A program made the position numbers and the translations under genes. The notes beneath the pieces are model-generated. The model did not search any database and was not told where the DNA came from. It saw only the letters and a program-made list of their open reading frames with translations. 64,000 nt of DNA, from the NCBI RefSeq assembly GCF_004010195.1, contig NC_057720.1, positions 5,119,550-5,183,549 of the forward strand, written 5' to 3'. Origin of the DNA: Chiloscyllium plagiosum. Its lineage: Eukaryota. Shown in pieces: positions 52,581-64,000 of the stretch (position 1 is the first letter of the stretch; each line of letters begins with the position of its first letter).

Positions 52581-52865
52581 ATGATGCTTGATGCAACTGC
52601 AATTAATTTGAGACAGCAAAAAAAAAAGTTTTGCTGCTGTAGTACTACCTTTTTGTGACCACAAGGCTCTACTGTTTGAGTAACAATTTAAAATATTTTG
52701 GCAAGTACATGGGATCCAGTTCTGCCAATCAATTAGATCATGGTTGATTGGTACGGAAATGCTATTTACTTCTGCTTGTTCCATGTCCCCTGATAAGCTT
52801 ACCACAGAGAAACGATGGAATTTCTCAATTAGATTATCCCTCAGCTTTTCAAACATAATGGAATG

Positions 52866-53210
52866 CAAGTGGCTCAGTGGTTAGCACTGCTGCCTCACAG
52901 CGCAAGGGTCCTGGGTTCGATTCCGGCCTTGGGTGACTGTCTGTGTGGAGTTTGCACATTCTCCCAGTGTCTGCATGGGTTTCCTCTGAGTGCTCCGGTT
53001 TCCTCCCACAATCCAAAGATGTGCAGGTTAGGTGAATTGGCCATGCTAAATTGCCCATAGTGTTCAGGGATGTGTAGATTAGATGCATTAGTAAGGGGTA
53101 AATGTAGAATAGTAGGGTGAGGGAATAGGTTAGGGTGGGTTACTTTTTGGAGGGTCAGTGTGGACGTGTTGGGTCTAATGGCCTGTTTTCACACTATAGG
53201 GACTCTATGA
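52866..53210 (+). mobile_element. HE1-like SINE
   Basis: gtggctcagtggttagcactgc...ggttcgattcc...gactctatga. Confidence 0.9.
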
Positions 53211-54955
53211 TACTTTGGTAATGCTCAAAAGCTCTGTCATTCTGTATTTGTACCGTCGACAAGGTCAATATCTCTGTCCAAGTGCCCAAAATGCAATTGT
53301 TACTTTCTGGTTTCACAAATCAGACCCAGGTTCAAGCAGAAAACCATGAACATTGCATCTATTTCTATTAGCCCAGCTCTGCAGCCATCTAACATACGAA
53401 ATATTGAAGTACAGTCAAATTATTTTCTCTCAGACCTGCATGTCATTTCAACTCTATCCAGTGCTACGTCTGATGTAACAGCAGCCAAGCTCTCAATGTG
53501 TTGTCAGGTTAGAATTCAAAGACTAGCTTCATAGCCTATAATGCAACTGACAAACTCAACTTTTAACTCCAGAAACATCCAAGTTGTAGGGACCTTAATA
53601 GAAACCAGTCTCTGTACTCAGTGTGCTTTCAGGGAGCGGTGAGGTATAATTTTTTTTGAGTGTGAGTGGTCATTTAATAAAATTAAGATAGGTGTGTGCT
53701 GGGGTTGAAGAGAACACCAGAAGCTGCAGGAAACAAGGAAAAAGAAATCCAAGTTCTCTCAACACAACAACAGAAACTCTAACAGGTCAAATCAACTGGT
53801 TTTAGCTGTCTCCAAGCAGAATGCCACACATGCAATGCATTAAAAATGCAAGCGTCACAAGGCACACCATATGTTGACCAAATTATGGCAACAGAAAATC
53901 ACTATGAGCTTCACTCCAGGCAGTCCCCAGGTTGTGAAAAGATTGCTCTCGAGTCTATTCGCAAGTCAGTTTGCACTCAAGTCAGAACTTGATGTAGAAC
54001 AATATAAAATAGCCATTTCTAAGTATAGGAAACGTTCAGATGTGGAATCTTTAAAATTACACCACGTTTGGGATCAAATTTGTAAGTACAAGCGGTCATA
54101 AAGGACTTTGCTTTTTTTTAAAAACAGCACAATGGAGATGTCCCCACCCCTACAGTTTGCAAAATTTGCAGTTGGAAGCTGTATTTGTGGCATGCTGTGT
54201 AGAAATTGAGAATTAACAGGCTGATTTCAATCAACATGAAGGAGGGGGGGGGGGGGGAAGGAGGTTGCCACCTGCTGGAGGCTGCCGAAGTCCGACAGTC
54301 AAAAGGAAAGAAAAGAAGGAGAAGACGACAAAAAGGAACACTTGGAGGAAGAAAATGACAAAGAAGGGAAAGAGGAGGAGCAGGCAGAGAGGACGAAATC
54401 CGGCTGGAGTGTCCTACTCCACTGCATTTGTGGCCTGTAACATCTTTAATTACCTTGTAGTTTCCAGAATCTGCATATCCTTCACAAAGCATGGTGAATA
54501 TTGACATTTTACCACAGAACCACGAATGGTGGTTGCCAGTGGAACCTGTTACCTAAGAAAAGATGGATCTCTGCCTGAAAGGTCTTCTTAATACTTGTCT
54601 GCACCCCTTTCATTTTCTGGACAGCTACATTTTTCAATGATGGGCATCACAATAAAATGTTACTGATTAGAAAGGCACAATTACATTTAGTGTCATCTCT
54701 AAGACTGAGACAAATTGCAGTGTCAGCCCATGTTATCAACCTGCTACACTAGATGAATTTGGATACTGTGGAACAATGCAAATCAAACAAATTACATACG
54801 TATTACTCAAGAGATAAGTTAAGTAATGAAATTAATTGTAGTGAAAGCCTTGAGAAACTGCATTAATTCTTAAGGAACAGCAACAAATGCAAGCTTTGCC
54901 TGCGATGCTCACACCTCATGAAAATTAAAAAACGAGCGTTAGTATACTCATTGTA

Positions 54956-55677
54956 CAGAGTTAAAAATCACAACACCAGGTTATAGCCCAATAGGTATAA
55001 TTGGAAGCACGAGGCTTTTGGAGCACTGCTCCTCCATCAAGTCTCACAATTGGTGTCATTAAAGTTCACTTGAGAATGTAACTCTAAAAACGTTTTGCGA
55101 TTTACATGTGAAAGAACTGAAACCAACATGTTCATTTTAAAAGATGAAAGACTTAAACAATCCAGGTCTTTTTCAATATATAATTTCAGTTACATCACAC
55201 TGTAAACTGTTGCTAAAATTCTGTCTTACAATCTTATAGTTTCCCCCCCCACCTCACACATATCCTCACATATGGATGAGGAAGGATAACACTTCGAATG
55301 GGACAACACATCCATCCTAGGACAAGCCAAACAAAGTCACGCACGAGAATTCCTAGAAGCATGGCATTCCAACAGGAACTCGAACAATAAACACACTGAG
55401 TTAGACCCCATCTTCCACCCCCACCCTTTGAGAAAAGGAACAGGAATTGACTTCACCACAGGAAATATCATCACCACAGGAAATGACATCACCAACCCAA
55501 AGAAACCCAAAAATATAAATAGAAAGCAAAAATTTTCAGTATTGCTTCACCTGAGGCCCACTGAAGATGTTACCTAGTAGGGAACGAAACATCTGGAAAT
55601 GAACCTTCCAGCTCAGCAAGCAAACCTACATCCAAAACCTCAAAATGAGCTACAAATCTTCTCAAAACTCACTAATC
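54956..55677. mobile_element. Composite PLE-derived insertion (family B part plus family C 3' end)
   Basis: Flanked by atactcattgta (54944-54955, 55678-55689); inverted family B tail at 54960-55040; family C REFLEAWHS-coding stretch and hammerhead core at 55561-55593. Confidence 0.7.
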
Positions 55678-56716
55678 ATACTCATTGTATGTACAGAGGG
55701 GAAAAGGAAAGTGGTCTTTTTGTAGGTGGGCCTTTCTTCATGCATTGCACTGTAATAAGAAGGGTCACAATCCAATGTCATTAAAGCACTGTCACAGGGC
55801 GGTGTTGCTTTTCTCCTGCAAAGAAACTTACTTGCCAATGCTGATATGAAAGACCATGCAGATAATGCCCAAAATAATGAAAGCCAAAGTCATTATAAAC
55901 ACATCCACCTGCACTAGTTGTACCATGAAAATCTAACTGGGCAAGTAACATCATGTCTTCTGTAAAGTGAACAATGCCTTTTAAAGCTATGGAAATTAGT
56001 ATGCTTTCAGTTTGTGATTTGGTGATAATTTGTGGAATATGTCAAACACCAATTTATGTTGAATACAACAGCTTTATTTCAGCATCAACGATATCATGCT
56101 GTTATCAAAACACTACTTGCAAACAGAAAGGAATGGAGTTGTGCACAAGGGGATTAATATGCAGCTTTTGTTAATAGCCCATAAGCAACTGATTAAAGTG
56201 TAATGAAGGGATTAGTTAATATTTATAAGTAAAACGATTATTGAAAATAATTCACAGATTTAACAATAGAGGGGAGGCAACAAATGTCTAGACTGTTAAA
56301 GCCTAATGAAGCATCAATAGTCGAAGTCATTTGTTAATAGATTACAAATAGCCACACTAGAGCCTCCATAATTAAATCAATATATTACAGATTTCCAAAC
56401 ACATCAGGAATGCATCAAAATTGCAATAATGAAAAAACATGAACAATCCATGACTTGCCAAATCTCACGACCTTCCACTGAACAGAAGTTGAAATCAGGT
56501 TTTATAAAATTGAACACAAGTTTGTAACTCTACAGCAGCATCTATATAGAGTTCCTTTAGTTTACCATCAAACAACTAGTGGGAAAAATTCAGTTTTTAC
56601 AGCAGAGTTTCAAAGAACGATCTTTTCCAAACCTCTTCCAGTGCATTACAGGCTTCACAATTCTCCCAGCTGAGCAAATAGCTAATAAGCTTAAAGGTTT
56701 TAAAATAAACATTTCA

Positions 56717-56884
<168 letters not shown>

Positions 56885-57771
56885 CTAAAGAAAAATAATA
56901 TTACAGAACATTTCTGAAGGGATCACCATGCAAGTTTAATTCATAGGAGGATATAGTTAAGGCTCAATCATTTAAACATGAAATGAAGTTCAGGTTAACC
57001 GATGAATCTGTATTCAATGATCATACTCAAAGAATTCTGCTCAAAATTTGATATCCGGCCTTCTATAAGGGTGGAGAAGGGAAATGAGTCTTGTCTGTGG
57101 GTTTCAATTTGAGTCAAATTAGCATGCAGAGATAGGCAAAATATTGCAAAATTTGTTCACACCAGTTTTTTTCTTTCCTCTATTGCTCTTTGGGGCACAG
57201 GGTAAGGTGTAATATTGTTGAAAACAAGACTCATCACACTGTCTCCTACTCTAGCTCGCTCTTTCACAGGATCTGAAAACTGTGAAACTCCTTACCTTTC
57301 AGTGTTCCCTTCCTCCTATAATCTACAGGCTTTTTAAAACGTGATCCTGGCATCACCTAATCACTGCGTGGCAAGTTAGCTCATCTTCTCTACTACTCTT
57401 TTCAACTTTTGGTCCTGCATAGTGTCCTGCACTATGAGCCCTGGCCTCTCACATTTCACCTAAGTTCTCAATAAAAAAAAGACAAGAAATAAATAAGAAC
57501 ATTAAGTAGACAAACATTAACTCTGAAGATTCACTATCAAAGTTTGTTTCATAAAAGCCCCATACAAGTCATTATCAAAAGTGACTGGATTAGTAGACAG
57601 TCTCATTGTTTGCTGTTTTTCAGGGCGATAAATATTAGACAGAGCCACATTTCAAAAATCCTTACTGGAAAATGCATGTATAATAAAACAAAGAGAAAGT
57701 GCATTTGTCAAAATAGGGTTGACCTTGACTATAGCAAGGCCCACACATTGAATTGGTATGTGAAAATGGCA

Positions 57772-57980
57772 GCTGAAAAATGTGGGGCTGGAAAAGTGCA
57801 GCAGGTCAGGCAGCATCCAAGGAGCAGGAGAATCGACGTTTCGGGCATAAGCCCCTGAAGAAGGGCTTATGCCTGAAACGTCGATTCTAATGTTCCTTGG
57901 ATGCTGATTGACCTGCTGCGCTTTTCCAGCAACACATTTTTCAGCTCTGATCTCCAGCATCTGCAGTCCCCACTTTCTCC
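57772..57980. mobile_element. Fold-back mini PLE derivative (family A) in the intron upstream of exon 4
   Basis: 15-bp TSD tatgtgaaaatggca (57757-57771, 57981-57995); inverted arms meet at 57854/57855. Confidence 0.9.
57855..57882 (+). ncRNA. Minimal hammerhead ribozyme motif
   Basis: CTGAAGA-A-GGGC-TTAT-GCCT-GAAA-CGTC; the 5' helix I strand is replaced by the junction. Confidence 0.65.
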
Positions 57981-59228
57981 TATGTGAAAATGGCAACCTG
58001 GGATGAGTATGAAAGGGTTCACTTGATCAGAATGTATTAGAACCATTTGGAGATTGGAGGAAAGCCAAAACTAAATTTATATCCTATATTTAATATGCCT
58101 AGTACCTTGGAAAGGTTACACAAGCAATGTAGAGTTTTAAATTGAGCCACACTTAATAGAGCAGTTAGTAGTCGGTTTGTTCTACAGCAGACCACAAAGT
58201 GTCTACTTTTAATTCATTTTCCTTCCTGTATTTAGCATACTAATCATGCCACTGATAACAGGAGGGAGCAGGGACATTAGTGAGATTGCTGTTCACTTTG
58301 CATGGATACATTGTTTCAATTTAATCCCACTAGTATTAGCAAGTTAGTTTATAAGAAAACTAATATTGCTCTTGATTGGCATCGAGCACATTAGTGTTCA
58401 GTTGTGCGGCGCAAAGGCTTAGCTCAGTGTGAAGTGAATGTTTAGCACATGGCCTTCACTGCTTTTTACATTGGGTCCCCACTCCACTAACTGCATCCTT
58501 GTGGTTAAGCTTACTTAGCACATTGGTGAAAATAATTACATTTATGGCACTGTGTTTTAATGCACAAATGAAATCAGTGTTTTTTTGTCTTAATTTATCA
58601 CCTCAAATTGCTCTGGTCAAAGTGGTAGGTTTATGCTCGGCAGGATGTCAAACTATGGATACGGGCCTGAAAATAACTTTTTCCAAACACAATCCAAGTT
58701 TGCAAAGACAGAAATGTAGCACAGCCAGGCTCCGTGTTCTTCAGTAGGAAAATGGCTACCATCCACCATTGCACTGCACTGAATAACTATGTCATTTCAT
58801 ATAATAATCTTTAAACCCACCACAAAAGGAACAAACATCATTCATTTGAATTGTAATAGGAGATTTAGTCAAGATCCTGCAGCCACTGTGTTTGTTTGCA
58901 ACAAAATGGAATAAAAATCCTCTGTACCTACAGAGCACGCAAAGCTAGATATGATGGTCTGAAATTCAAACATGTACATTAGCAAGAAGAATAGGCCATT
59001 CAGCTCCTTCAGCCTGTTCTACTTTCTTCTTTATTTAAGTATTCCTGCAACCAGAATATTGCAAAATCTTGAATTAAGTATTTTCAACTTGATCTTGGAA
59101 AAGAATTCTAACCTGTGCTCACTTTGGTTTATGATACTCACCATCTGTTTCATTGGAAGTCACTGATCTGAATCACATCAAAATATGTTGTTGTGGTTCT
59201 GTTCGCCGAGCTGAGAATTTGTGTTGCA

Positions 59229-59262
59229 GACGTTTCGTCCCCTGTCTAGGTGACATCCTCAG
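59229..59262 (-). ncRNA. Minimal hammerhead ribozyme motif, sense to the PRKACB pre-mRNA
   Basis: Minus strand gca-CTGAGGA-T-GTCACCT-AGAC-AGGGGAC-GAAA-CGTC-tgc: intact boxes, stem II, 3-bp helix I. Confidence 0.8.
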
Positions 59263-59899
59263 TGCTTGGGAGCCTCCTGTGAAACACTTCTGTGATGTTT
59301 CCTCTGGCATTTATAGTGATTTGTACCTGCTGCTTCCGGTTGTCAGTTCCAGCTGTCCGCATGGAGAATTCAACACAAAGGTACACAGGAAAGCCACACA
59401 CACAGACCAAGTCCTGAACTACGAAAGTAACCACCCCAATACACACAAAAGAAGTTGCATCAAGACACTGTTCAAAAGGGCCACAACACACTACAGTACA
59501 CCAGAACTGCAAAAAGAGGAAGAAGAACACCTATACAATGTATTCGCCAAAAACGGATACCCGCGCAATTTCATCAACAGATGCCCAAGGGAAAGTCAAC
59601 GGAATGAGGACATGCCACAACCCAAAGGACTAGCCACACTACCATACATCAAAAACATTTCTGAACTGACAGCCAGACTACTGCAACCACTAGGACTCAT
59701 AACAGCACACAAACCAACAGCCACTCTCAGACAACAACTCACCAGGACAAAGGACCCAATACCCAGCATGAGCAAAACCAATGTAGTGTTCAAAATCCCA
59801 TGCAAGGACTGCACAAAACACTACATAGGACAAACAGGAAGACAGCTAACGATCTGCATCCATGAACACCAACTAGCCACGAAACAACTAGCCACGTGT

Positions 59900-60208
59900 G
59901 GGCGGCACGGTGGCACAGTGGTTAGCACTGCTGCCTCACAGCGCCAGATACCCGGGTTCAATTCCCGCCTCAGGCGACTGACTGTGTGGAGTTTGCACGT
60001 TCTCCCCGTGTCTGCGTGGGTTTCCTCAGGGTGCTTCGGTTTCCTCCGATGTGCAGGTCAGGTGAATTGGCCATGCTAAATTGCCCGTAGTGTTAGGTAA
60101 GGGGTAAATGTAGGGGTATGGGTGGGTTGCGCTTCGGTGGGGCGGTGTGGACGTGTTGGGCCGAAGGGCCTGTTTCCACACTAAGTAATCTAATCTAATC
60201 TAATCTAA
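59900..60208 (+). mobile_element. HE1-like SINE inserted in the PLE GIY-YIG region
   Basis: gggcggcacggtggcacagtgg...(taatc)n; lacks the usual cacagtccaaa segment. Confidence 0.93.
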
Positions 60209-60764
60209 ACACGACCAGCTATCCTTAGTAGCCACACACACAGATGACAAGCAACATGAGTTCGACTGGGACAACACTATTATAGGACAAGCCAAACAGA
60301 GAACAACCAGGGAATTCCTAGAGGCATGGCACTCATCCACAGATTCAATCAATAAGCACATCAACCTGGACCCAATATACCAGCCACTGCAGCGGACAGC
60401 TGGAACTGACAACCGGAAGCGGCAGGTACAAACCACTATAAATGCCGGAGGAAACTTCACAGAAGCGCTTCACAGGAGACTTCCAAGCTGTAGTTCTTCA
60501 CTTTACACCCTTTTTCAGGTTGCCTCACTCAATGAAACTCCACATTAATATTGCGAATATAGCTAGGCCAGTATGCATTCTTAGCAAGAGGACTGCCATT
60601 TGGTATGTTACGATTTAAAGGAGTTGAGTAAAGCACTTGAGATAAGAAATCAAAAGATGTGGGAGAAGGGGAAAAGGGGAGGAGAGAAGCATGGGGAGGA
60701 GCCATATAATAATGGAGGAGGAGGGGAGTCAGAAGGCTGAATGGCCTATTCTTGGTTCTATTTT

Positions 60765-60905
60765 GTGGAGGTGCTGATATTGGGCTGGGGTGGACAAAAT
60801 CAGAAGTCATGGAAACCAGGTTATAGTCCAACAGGTTTATTAGAAATCACAAGCTTTCAGAGCGTTGACCCTTTGTCAGGTGAAACTTCAGCATGCCGAA
60901 AGCTT
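60765..60905 (-). mobile_element. Family B tail with a decayed hammerhead
   Basis: ggacaaaatcagaagtc...ccaggttatagtccaacaggtttatt...aagctttcagagcg, the reverse complement of the 9522-9640 type. Confidence 0.7.
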
Positions 60906-62465
60906 ATAGAGGCATAGAGATGTACAGCATGGAAACAGACCCTTCGGTCCATCCCTGTCCATGCCGACCAGATATCCCAACCCAATCTAGTCCCACCTGC
61001 CAGCATCCGGCCCATATCCCTCCAAACCCTTCCTATTCATATATCCATACAAATGCCTCTTAAATGTTGCAATTGTACCAGCCTCCACCACATTCTCTGG
61101 CAGCTCATTCCATACACGTACCACTCTCTGCGTGAAAACGTTGCCTCTTAGGTCTCTTTTACATCTTTCCCCTCTCACCCTAAACCTATGCCCTCTAGTT
61201 CTGCACACCCCGACCCCAGGGAAAAGACTTTGTCTATTTATCCTATCCATGTCCCTCATAATTTTGTAAAACTCTATAAGGTCACCCCTCAGCCTGCAAC
61301 GCTCCAGGGAAAACAGTCCCAGTCTGTTCAGCATGTCCCTGTAGCTCAGATCCTCCAACCCTGACAACATCTTTGTAAATCTTTTCTGAACCCTTTCAAA
61401 TTTCACAACATCTTTCCAATAGGAAGGAGACCAGAATTGCATGCAATATTCCAACAGTGGCCTAACCAATGTCCTCTACAGACGCAACATGACCTCCCAA
61501 CTCCTGTACTCAATTCTCTGACCAATAAAGGAAAGCATACCAAACACCTTCTTCACTATCCTATCTACCTGCGACTCCACTTTCAAACAGCTATGAACCT
61601 GCAAGCCAAGGTCTCTTTGTTTAGCAACACTCCCTAGGACCTTACCATTAAGTGTATAAGTCCTGCTAAGATTTGCTCTCCCAAAATGCAGCACCTCGCA
61701 TTTATCTGAATTAAACTCCATCTGCCACTTCTCAGCCCATTGGCCCATCTGGTCCAAATCCTATTGTAATCTGAGGTAACTCTCTTCGCTGTCCAATACA
61801 CCTCCAATTTTGGTGTCATCTGCAAACTTACTTACTTACCTCTTATGCTCGCATCCAAATTATTTATGTAAATGACAAAAAGTAGAGGGCCCAGCACCGA
61901 TCCTTGTGGCACTCCACTGGTCACAGGCCTCCAGGCTGAAAAACAACCCACCACCACCACCCTCTGTCTTCTACCTTTGAGCCAGTTCTGTATCCAAATG
62001 TCTCGTTCTCCCTGTATTCCAAGAGATCTAACCTTGCTAATCAGTCTCCCATGGGGAACCTTGTCAAATGCCTTACTGAAGTCCATATAGATCACATCTA
62101 TTGCTCTGCCCTCATCAATCTTCTTTGTTACTTCTTCAAAAAACTCAATCAAGTTTGTGAGACATGATTTCCCACGCACAAAGCCATGTTGACTATTCCG
62201 AATCAGTACTTGCCTTTCCAAATACATGTACATCCTGACCCTCAGGATTCCCTCCAACAACTTGCCCACCACCGAGGTCAGGCTCACCGGTCTATAGTTC
62301 CCTGGCTTGTCTTTACTGCCCTTCTTAAACAGTGACACCACGTTTGCCAACCTCCAGTCTTCCGGCACCTCACCTGTGACTATCGATGACACAAATATCT
62401 CAGCAAGAGGCCCAGCAATCACTTTTCTAGCTTCCCAGAGTTCTAGGGTACACCTGATCAGGTCC
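60906..62465 (-). mobile_element. HER1/CR1 LINE, RT to 3' tail, well preserved
   Basis: ORFs 61832..62422 ([31 protein letters not shown]), 61476..61757 and 60987..61469. Confidence 0.95.
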
Positions 62466-62906
62466 TATAAACCTGCTGGACTATAACCTGGTGTCATCTG
62501 ACTCTACTTTCTATGTTTTGCACCTGCAATGTCAATGTAGGATTGAGTGACCAGATTGATGCAACGTTTGCAGCCAACAGGAAAACAGTACTGAATAGGT
62601 AACAGTTTCCACACACTCAAAGCAACATTGACATTTTCTTAAAACTTGACAATTTTTAATTGTATGTGCAAAGTGTCTTAGAAGCCCTTTCCAAACAGCA
62701 TCTTCGCACCATGTGCTGCATCAGATGAAGGCAGCAGCACTCCACCATCTTCTTGTGAGCAATTCAGAATGGGTAATAATTTACAGTCGAGCTAGCGATG
62801 CCCAAAACCCACGAACGAATAAAGTTTCAGCTTTATTCACTTAGCAGACTGCACTTCTCTTTTCTGAATCTGGCTCACAATCCTTTGCCTGCTGCTTTGG
62901 TTTTAT

Positions 62907-64000
62907 TCACTTGAAGGACATGGGCATTGTTGGCTGACCAGCATTTATTGACTGTCCTAAGCTGCCCTGGAGAAGGTAGTGGTGAGCTGCCTCCTTGAAC
63001 TGCTGCAGTCCACTTGTGAGTTGACTGACAATGCTGTTAGAGAAGGAATTCCAGGATTTTGATTCAGTGACAGTGAAGGAACGGCAATACATTTCCAAGT
63101 TAGGATGGTGAGTGACTTGGAGGGGACCTTGAAGGGGTGGCGTTCCACGTACCTGCTGCCCTTGTCCTTTTAGATAGTAATAGTCATGGGTTTGGAAGGT
63201 GCTGTTTAAGGATGTTTGCTGAATTCCTGCAGTGCATTGTGTAGATTGCACACATTGATGTAACTGAGCAACAGTGGTGGAGGGAGATGATGTTTTTGGA
63301 TGTGGTGCCAATCAAGTGGACTGCTGTGTTCTGGATAGTGTCAAGCTTCTTGATTGTTGTTGGAGCTGCACCCATCCAGGCAAGTGGGAAATACACTTAG
63401 ACAACCCTTTATCCAAAATCCGAAAAGCTCCAAAATCCAAAGTTTTTCTGGTGAAGTTTTTCTCATTAGGAAGGTTGTTTGGCATGCAAACAGTTAACAC
63501 AATTCCACACCCACTCAATGTGTGTCACTCAGATGAGAAATGTGGGGATCATGGCCCAGCACTGGCCGACCTCAATTCTGTCTCAGGCCCATTACTCAGT
63601 CAGTCTGCTGTTCAGTAAGATCTTTTAAAATTTCATCGTTGAACTGTCACTTATTCTGAAATTCGAAAAATTCTGAAAACCAGTTGGTCTCAAGCATTTC
63701 GGATAAAGGATTGTGTACCTGTATCCCATCACGGTGTTGACTTGTGCATTGTAGATGATGGATCGGCTTTGGGGAGTCATAAGGTAAATTATTCGCTGCA
63801 GCATTCCTAGCCTCTGACCTGCTCTTGTAGCTGCTCTGTTTATGTGGCGATTCCAGTCAATGGTAACCCCCAGGATTTTGACAGTGGGTAATTCAGTGAT
63901 GGCAACTTCATTGAATGTCAAGGGTTAGTGGTTAGATTGTTTCTTATTAGAAATGGTCACTGCCTGGCATTTATGTGGCTACGTGTCAGCCAAGCCTGGA
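62907..64000 (-). mobile_element. Non-LTR LINE 3' region, interrupted by a MITE and running off the window
   Basis: ORFs 63625..63921 (ILGVTID..W..HI...RAGQRLG) and 63184..63396 (KKLDTIQ). Confidence 0.8.
63394..63721. mobile_element. Tc1/mariner (Tigger-like) MITE
   Basis: TA at both flanks (63392-93, 63722-23); TIRs cacttagacaaccctttatccaaaat vs reverse complement caggtacacaatcctttatccgaaat. Confidence 0.8.

Larger units (their letters stand above)
59187..60488 (+). mobile_element. Penelope-like element (family C) with inverted 5' pseudo-LTR, RT C-terminus and GIY-YIG endonuclease; SINE inserted
   Basis: ORF 59153..60079 VHRKATHTDQVLNYESNHP...LPYI...VVFKIPCKDC..HYIGQTGR; about 59264-59360 is an inverted copy of about 60391-60488. 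Confidence 0.92.

Noticed and set aside
58260..58500. Possible ancient SINE or conserved non-coding element (similar impression at about 40950-41310)
   Set aside because: No second copy, TSD or clear promoter boxes could be verified by eye; it needs a Dfam or conservation search.
56885..64000. PRKACB exons 1-3
   Set aside because: I found no sequence encoding GTGSFGRV or AMKILDKQK; the donor-like site near 57295 does not translate to PKA sequence. They are presumed to lie beyond the window.

Overview
This is eukaryotic, repeat-rich vertebrate DNA, most likely from a shark or other cartilaginous fish, inferred from HE1-type SINEs paired with HER1/CR1-type LINEs. It has four N gaps. The only host gene I can firmly support is a PKA catalytic subunit gene (PRKACB-like) on the minus strand. 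Seven coding exons (canonical exons 4-10; 99/83/127/96/123/165/126 nt, all GT-AG) run from 56884 to the TAG at 30598. A repeat-free putative 3'UTR follows, and I did not find exons 1-3 in the window. Most of the rest is decayed and nested mobile DNA: several CR1 LINE families, about 12 HE1-like SINEs, a second SINE family, an RTE remnant, a probable solo LTR, and hAT-like and Tigger-like MITEs. The most interesting signal is a dense set of Penelope-like elements (PLEs) and tiny derivatives carrying minimal type I hammerhead ribozyme cores (CUGANGA-stem II-GAAA-CGUC). Many are short fold-back cassettes with 9-17 bp target-site duplications. One intact core is in the sense orientation of the PRKACB intron. 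Other candidates are a start-codon microexon of a neighbouring gene and a SINE tail placed where it could supply the exon 7 branch point. Repeat boundaries were read by eye and are approximate unless a TSD is cited.
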